Below the pieces are notes generated by a model, which saw nothing but the letters and a program-made list of their open reading frames with translations, did not search any database and had not been told where the DNA came from. Positions 59,208 through 64,000 of a DNA stretch of 64,000 bases are shown one piece after another. The stretch is from a virus. Location of the stretch: IMG/VR virus record IMGVR_UViG_3300022602_000051, positions 33,957 to 97,956 of that record; one strand, 5' to 3'. The first letter of the stretch is position 1, and every line of letters starts with the position of its first letter. Made by a program: the position numbers and the translations under genes.

Positions 59208-59530
59208 CTACTTTTTTTTTCGTTATTTTTCAATAACTTATTATAATGGTCGATAGCTGCTTGAAGTTTAGGAATATCATCCTTTCGCAAAATTACATCA
59301 TTCCAAATCAAATCTGCCCCAAAAATATACTTTAGTGCAGCCCAAACTCGCTTGTAAAATGGTCGGTAATTACTTGCTTGAACATTTACAATAAAATCTG
59401 GACCATAAGGCAACTCATTGCCCCAATCATACACTTGAATAATAACGGTATGATCGGGACTATGACATTCACAGGAAAGAAATACCTCAAGGTCATCTTG
59501 CTTTACTGTTATATTTTCGTTATTGCTCAT
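59204..59530 (-). CDS. Hypothetical protein (CxCxxxxH motif)
   Basis: 108-aa ORF coupled to the clamp gene. Confidence 0.65.
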   Translation of the reverse strand: MSNNENITVKQDDLEVFLSCECHSPDHTVIIQVYDWGNELPYGPDFIVNVQASNYRPFYKRVWAALKYIFGADLIWNDVILRKDDIPKLQAAIDHYNKLLKNNEKKSS

Positions 59531-60258
59531 TATTTTGCCTTAGCTGGTAGCAGATACTCATATGTAATCAAACCACTATTGACAATGATCTTGGCAACAC
59601 CATCATCACTGAACTCAACAGTCTTGTCACCTTGAAGATTAAGAATACTGATAAACAATCCAACTGGCCAAGCCCAACCCTTTGCCAAAGTGCCTGTCAC
59701 ATTGCTTTGGAATACAAAGTTACCAGCATGTGTAGAAACATCACCAAAGAAGAACTTTAAGTTAGTGCCTTCTGTCTTGGCAACAAACATCTTTTCTTCG
59801 CTGTTTGCTTGTGACTGGAACTTAAGACGCTGAATGCTTCCAACCGACGGTTCAAATGTAATACCAAAGTTTGCACCACGGAACTTGACAGTCTTAAGCT
59901 TTTCATTGATAACTTCTGTAGTCATAAAACGATAGTCGTTCTTAAAGTCACCGCCAGCGTTTTCAAAGTGAATACCAACAGGAGTTTGTGTGCCATTGCG
60001 TTGTTCACGCTTAAGTTCAATTGTAGCGTCATTGGCATATTCTGGAATATTAAGCACAGTGTTTAGCTTGCTCAAGTTTGGCATACCAAAGATGCCAGCA
60101 AAATCTGGATTTACTTCATTAAATTTAGCATTAAAAATTACTGAACGGTCTTCGGTAACGCTTTCAATTTTAGTTTCATTGGTATCGCCAGTAACCTTAA
60201 CTACATCAATTCCAGTAGGAAGTGTGTGTTGAACAATATCTGTGAGAAAGTCTTTCAT
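59530..60258 (-). CDS. Putative DNA polymerase sliding clamp (gp45-like)
   Basis: 242 aa with an alternating beta/alpha pattern; FGMPNL, NDYRFM, C-terminal YEYLLPA; close to the polymerase. Confidence 0.65.
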   Translation of the reverse strand: MKDFLTDIVQHTLPTGIDVVKVTGDTNETKIESVTEDRSVIFNAKFNEVNPDFAGIFGMPNLSKLNTVLNIPEYANDATIELKREQRNGTQTPVGIHFENAGGDFKNDYRFMTTEVINEKLKTVKFRGANFGITFEPSVGSIQRLKFQSQANSEEKMFVAKTEGTNLKFFFGDVSTHAGNFVFQSNVTGTLAKGWAWPVGLFISILNLQGDKTVEFSDDGVAKIIVNSGLITYEYLLPAKAK

Positions 60259-60278
60259 TGATTTTTCCTTTTGTAATT

Positions 60279-60307
60279 ATAATAACAAATTTGTAATTAG
60301 TTGTCAA
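60279..60307 (-). promoter_or_regulatory. sigma70-type promoter
   Basis: TTGACA-N17-TATTAT with TG extension; AAGGA SD downstream. Confidence 0.65.
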
Positions 60308-61142
60308 TTATTTCTGCATAAGAACCACTAATTTTATATCTTGGCTCGTTATTGCCTGGTTTTTTTGCAACAATATAACTGCTGCGAAATGGTTGTATTT
60401 TATAATTTTCTATTACATAACCTAAGTTTGTCAATCTTTTCATTAACATTTTATAATCTATAACAGAAAAATCTAATTTTAAATTTGCCTCAATTGCCCA
60501 AATTTGATCGTCGGGTAAAAAGTTAAAAATAAAAACTCCACCTTCGTATAATAAATTGAAAACTTCTACAGCCCAACTGTAGATGTATTCTATATTAGCA
60601 TAGTAAAATTCATTGAAGCAATAAACTAATCCAAAAGAGTTATATGGAAGCGCAGTTAAATCATATTCGGTTGTTGTATATTTTCTTAATCTACGGTTTT
60701 TATAAAAATCATTATTAAGTGAATCTGCTGCGTATTCACATATTTCCATATAGCGATCAACAATATAAAGCGGTTCACTTGCAACTGCATATGGCAAAAA
60801 CTGCCCGACGCCTGGAAATAATTCTAATGTTGGTATATTATTGCCAATGTGCGGTATTAACGACATTGATAAATTATTAACATCTTCATCATGCAATTTA
60901 TTAACTTTTACAAAATTCTTTCTTAATTCTAAATCTTGCCTTAATAATTTTTTATATAATGTTTCACTGTTAGAATACAATTGACCTTTTGAATAGGAAA
61001 GATTATTTTCAATATTATAAACTAAATCATTAAACAACTTACATATGTCGTCATAATTTTCATAACTGCTGCCATAAGATTCATAAAAATCTTTACATTC
61101 TACAATTTTATTGTATATTTCTTGTATCTGTAAATTATTCAT
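60297..61142 (-). CDS. Putative class I SAM-dependent methyltransferase-like protein
   Basis: LELFPGVGQF (motif I-like), LYIVD, LPYNSFGLV, LLYEGGVFIF. Confidence 0.55.
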   Translation of the reverse strand: MNNLQIQEIYNKIVECKDFYESYGSSYENYDDICKLFNDLVYNIENNLSYSKGQLYSNSETLYKKLLRQDLELRKNFVKVNKLHDEDVNNLSMSLIPHIGNNIPTLELFPGVGQFLPYAVASEPLYIVDRYMEICEYAADSLNNDFYKNRRLRKYTTTEYDLTALPYNSFGLVYCFNEFYYANIEYIYSWAVEVFNLLYEGGVFIFNFLPDDQIWAIEANLKLDFSVIDYKMLMKRLTNLGYVIENYKIQPFRSSYIVAKKPGNNEPRYKISGSYAEIIDN

Positions 61143-63805
61143 TATTCAAAATCAAATAAATTAGTGAATGTATTGCTAATGTTTGTCGCATTGGTAATGT
61201 CCCAACCAAGAACATCAAGAAGATTTTCTACCTTTTGTGTCACAATAGTATCTTCCATTTCATCACTATCAAATGGCATTTCTTTAAACCATTTTGGAAT
61301 ACGTGTTTCATCTGTTGGATAACCAATGCTTGTAAGTCCAAGTGGATTATCTTTAAGTTTACAAACAATAGTTTTCATACCGTCAACAATTTCAATACTG
61401 CGAGTATCGCTGTGCATTCTGCGGAGATTATTCCAATTAATCGCCGCACGAACGTGCCCTGGCATGTTTGCCTTTCCTTGTTTCTTTTCTAAATCACCAT
61501 AATATGTTAATTTATTAACACGCTTTGGTGTGCCCTTTTCCCAACTTGGTAATTCTTTAAACTTTGTTTTAAAATTTCGCACTTCTTCAATGATCTGCTC
61601 GCGTTCTGCACCGTCAAGAACTTTCTTTAAAATATCGGACAAGAAATCTTGCACAAGTTTGGGAGTATCACTGCGTTTAAGGTCAAGCCCCATAGCTTTA
61701 ACTTTGCCAGTCTTACCTTCAATATCAAGTCGTTTACCTTCTAAATCAAAAATTAGCACAGCATAACGCTTTTTGGTAATAAACAACCCTTTACTTGCAA
61801 TAAGTTCACGACCGCCTTTAATAATTGAACCAAGTTCTGGTGTTGTATGAAATGCTTCATACATGAATTTTGGGAATGTCATATTGACCTGTTCACCAAT
61901 GCTATTATATAGTTGTATACAAATCTCTTTATTCCATTCCATGCGACCAGCTTCAACATCATCTTTGATAACGGGCCAAGCACTAAAGTATACAGAGTCA
62001 GTATCGCCATAGATAATTGCCTTACCAACATGGTCAGCTTCACCAGTAATCAATTGATTGACGGTTGCATCCATATGTTTTGCAATAGTTCGACCACATA
62101 GTGTGGTGCTTTGTCCAATGCGTTGGTCAAAGAAACGACAGCCTGCGTTAAGAATAGCACCATATAGACTATTCAAGTTAATCTTTTTAACTAACTGACG
62201 TTTATCCCAGAACGCAATTTCTTTTGGATCAGTTGATTCTTTCTTTTTAGCTTGCAGTTCTTTACGCTCACTATACCAACGCTCTAACAAGCTTGGCACA
62301 ACGCCTTGTCGCTCAAGGTTAAAGATTGTGCCATTTGCACTTAACGCCCATGGTGCGTAGTTGTCAAAAATCATATCATAGATTTGTGCGGCACTATAAA
62401 CTTCACTGTTACCATTTTCCCAATCAATGGTAATTTCTGTACCAATTTCACGGTTCATAACAGCACTATATTCTAAAGTTGCGAATAGACCTTCCCATGC
62501 GCCAGCAAATGATTTGCCTTCATCCATGCGTTGTTTAAGCAATGCTTCTGTCATAATAGGTCGCAACTGACCAACTACTGTCTCTGGTCCCATGTTAAGT
62601 GCACGAATAGTTGATGGATACAGTGAATTAATATCAATCGCACCAATCCAATCATTCAAACCTTTTTTAGGATAAGCAACATAAGCACCAGCAACTTGGC
62701 TATTGACTTCTTCATCGCGTGAACGGCGATTGGGAACTACCATACCACGACGATGTGCTTCGTTGATAATCGCTTGTTCTGTGACCGCAACCGCTCCCAT
62801 TGTAGTTTGTAGCAACACAGTATTATCGTGCGCGATTTCATTTGCCAAATCAAGAAAGCGCAACTTTTTATCTAACTTATTGAGCAGTGCAACGTCTTGT
62901 CGTGAATACTGAATAAAGGTTTCAAAGTCGCGGTTATATAACTGGTCAAGTGTGCCTTCATATGCAGTCTTGCGTTCATTTAACTCATATTCACCAATAG
63001 CATCAAGACTATAACTATGGCGTTCTTCATAGGTATATTTGCGATACAGTTCCATATAATCCATGTGAACACGACCTACCAAGTCATATGTTGAACTTGT
63101 TTTACCATATTTTTCATACTCACGCACTTTTGGAAACTGGTCCCACAAACAGAAACGGCGTGTGTCATCTTTACTTAAAATGCGTGTTACGCGATTTACA
63201 GTGTATGGAATATCAAAGCCTTCGCTGTTCCAACCACTTAGCACATCTGCATCTTCAATAAGTTCAAGGAATGTTAGCAACATTTCTCGTTCACTATCAA
63301 ACATAAAAGTATTTTCAAAGATGCTTGCTACTTTATTCGCATCTTCCATAGACATGGCACTTGGTGGCAGTGCTAATGTGATAAGTTGGTCTAACCAATC
63401 CAAATAAACTGTAATTGCAGTAATCTTTGTAAAGGGATCATCTGGTGTGCTGTAGCCTTTTTGCGGATCAAAATCCGTCTCAATATCGAAAAAAGCTGTT
63501 TGTAGCTGCGGTGAATCACTGCCAAGATAATTTTCTGCCAAACATCTAAAAATAGGATTGATATCGCTTTCAAATATTTGGTGTTTACCTTGTCGCAGAT
63601 TCAGTTCCTTGCGGAAATCCTTACTGCTGCGACAAGTTATACGGCGAACTGGAGTATCAAATATGCTTTTGTGGTTGCCCTTTTCATCGCTGTAATAAAA
63701 AACATAATTTACAGGATATTCCTTATAAACACGTTTTCCATTTACACGCTCAACAACATGAATACGCTCATGCTGTCTATCAATAATTGCATCTACATAA
63801 CTCAT
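61142..63805 (-). CDS. Family B DNA polymerase (T4 gp43-like)
   Basis: Exonuclease FDIET and GWNSEGFDIPY; polymerase DINSLYPS, KINLNSLYG, YGDTDS, KKRY. ATG 63805 after a GGAGA SD. Confidence 0.95.
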   Translation of the reverse strand: MSYVDAIIDRQHERIHVVERVNGKRVYKEYPVNYVFYYSDEKGNHKSIFDTPVRRITCRSSKDFRKELNLRQGKHQIFESDINPIFRCLAENYLGSDSPQLQTAFFDIETDFDPQKGYSTPDDPFTKITAITVYLDWLDQLITLALPPSAMSMEDANKVASIFENTFMFDSEREMLLTFLELIEDADVLSGWNSEGFDIPYTVNRVTRILSKDDTRRFCLWDQFPKVREYEKYGKTSSTYDLVGRVHMDYMELYRKYTYEERHSYSLDAIGEYELNERKTAYEGTLDQLYNRDFETFIQYSRQDVALLNKLDKKLRFLDLANEIAHDNTVLLQTTMGAVAVTEQAIINEAHRRGMVVPNRRSRDEEVNSQVAGAYVAYPKKGLNDWIGAIDINSLYPSTIRALNMGPETVVGQLRPIMTEALLKQRMDEGKSFAGAWEGLFATLEYSAVMNREIGTEITIDWENGNSEVYSAAQIYDMIFDNYAPWALSANGTIFNLERQGVVPSLLERWYSERKELQAKKKESTDPKEIAFWDKRQLVKKINLNSLYGAILNAGCRFFDQRIGQSTTLCGRTIAKHMDATVNQLITGEADHVGKAIIYGDTDSVYFSAWPVIKDDVEAGRMEWNKEICIQLYNSIGEQVNMTFPKFMYEAFHTTPELGSIIKGGRELIASKGLFITKKRYAVLIFDLEGKRLDIEGKTGKVKAMGLDLKRSDTPKLVQDFLSDILKKVLDGAEREQIIEEVRNFKTKFKELPSWEKGTPKRVNKLTYYGDLEKKQGKANMPGHVRAAINWNNLRRMHSDTRSIEIVDGMKTIVCKLKDNPLGLTSIGYPTDETRIPKWFKEMPFDSDEMEDTIVTQKVENLLDVLGWDITNATNISNTFTNLFDFE

Positions 63806-63816
63806 TTTATTCTCCA

Positions 63817-63834
63817 AGTCACTTGTGGCTGACC
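63817..63834 (-). promoter_or_regulatory. Hairpin (5-bp stem, 8-nt loop) abutting the polymerase SD
   Basis: GGTCA-GCCACAAG-TGACT followed by TGGAGA...ATG. Confidence 0.45.
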
Positions 63835-63882
63835 AAAACCTTTCTACATGCACGTGTGGTGTGCGAACCATATACTAATTTA

Positions 63883-63999
63883 TTATACGGAATCTTTCAA
63901 ATTATCCGTAGATTGCAAAATACTTTCAATAATATCAAGGTCTTCACGAGCCTTGTCATAGTCGCGCTTCATAGCCATCTTAACTGCTTTTTTAAGCAG
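63883..63999 (-). CDS. C-terminal part of a small helical protein (possibly T4 DsbA-like dsDNA-binding protein), 5'-partial
   Basis: Open frame LLKKAVKMAMKRDYDKAREDLDIIESILQSTDNLKDSV-stop running off the window end. Confidence 0.5.
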   Translation of the reverse strand: MLKKAVKMAMKRDYDKAREDLDIIESILQSTDNLKDSV

Positions 64000-64000
64000 A

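Noticed and set aside
61142-63871. Intein or intron in the polymerase, and the 22-aa N-terminal extension
   Set aside because: Motifs are contiguous at normal gp43 length; the SD supports ATG 63805.
1-64000. Genome-wide TAG reassignment (genetic code 15)
   Set aside because: Very long ORFs, including the 4622-aa one, are intact in the standard code, and the two TAG-ending genes are followed by promoter-containing intergenic DNA. Only one internal TAG was found.
1-64000. CRISPR array, rRNA or tRNA genes
   Set aside because: No regularly spaced direct repeats or full cloverleaf seen; intergenic gaps are mostly too short.

Overview
This is a 64-kb segment of a large, AT-rich, T4-superfamily-like myophage read in the standard genetic code; a few clues point weakly to an alphaproteobacterial host. 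The + strand (1-45277) carries a baseplate/tail module: a partial hub-like protein with a Tae/BPSL0067-like amidase domain, gp25- and gp6-like wedge proteins, a 4622-aa virion protein, and three fibres sharing one N-terminal anchor. A Gly-rich protein is followed by an oxygenase cassette. Next comes an operon of four glycosyltransferase-like genes and six radical SAM genes, interrupted by an antisense GIY-YIG/NUMOD3 endonuclease with an in-frame TAG. The - strand (45253-64000) carries a DegT aminotransferase and NDP-sugar epimerase coupled to thyA/folA, a MoxR AAA+/VWA pair, RNase H, a sliding clamp, a methyltransferase, a family B DNA polymerase and many small early genes behind TTGACA promoters. 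Top observations: (1) an apparent phage amino-sugar/radical-SAM modification pathway; (2) an unannotated 38-aa ArfA-like ribosome-rescue factor; (3) 3'-UTR hairpins whose loops are complementary to ribosome-binding sites, one matching its own gene at 12/12 nt; (4) a chaperone domain split off a tail fibre and lacking its catalytic motif; (5) a structured endonuclease leader between face-to-face late promoters. All family assignments come from motif recognition by eye; no searches were run.
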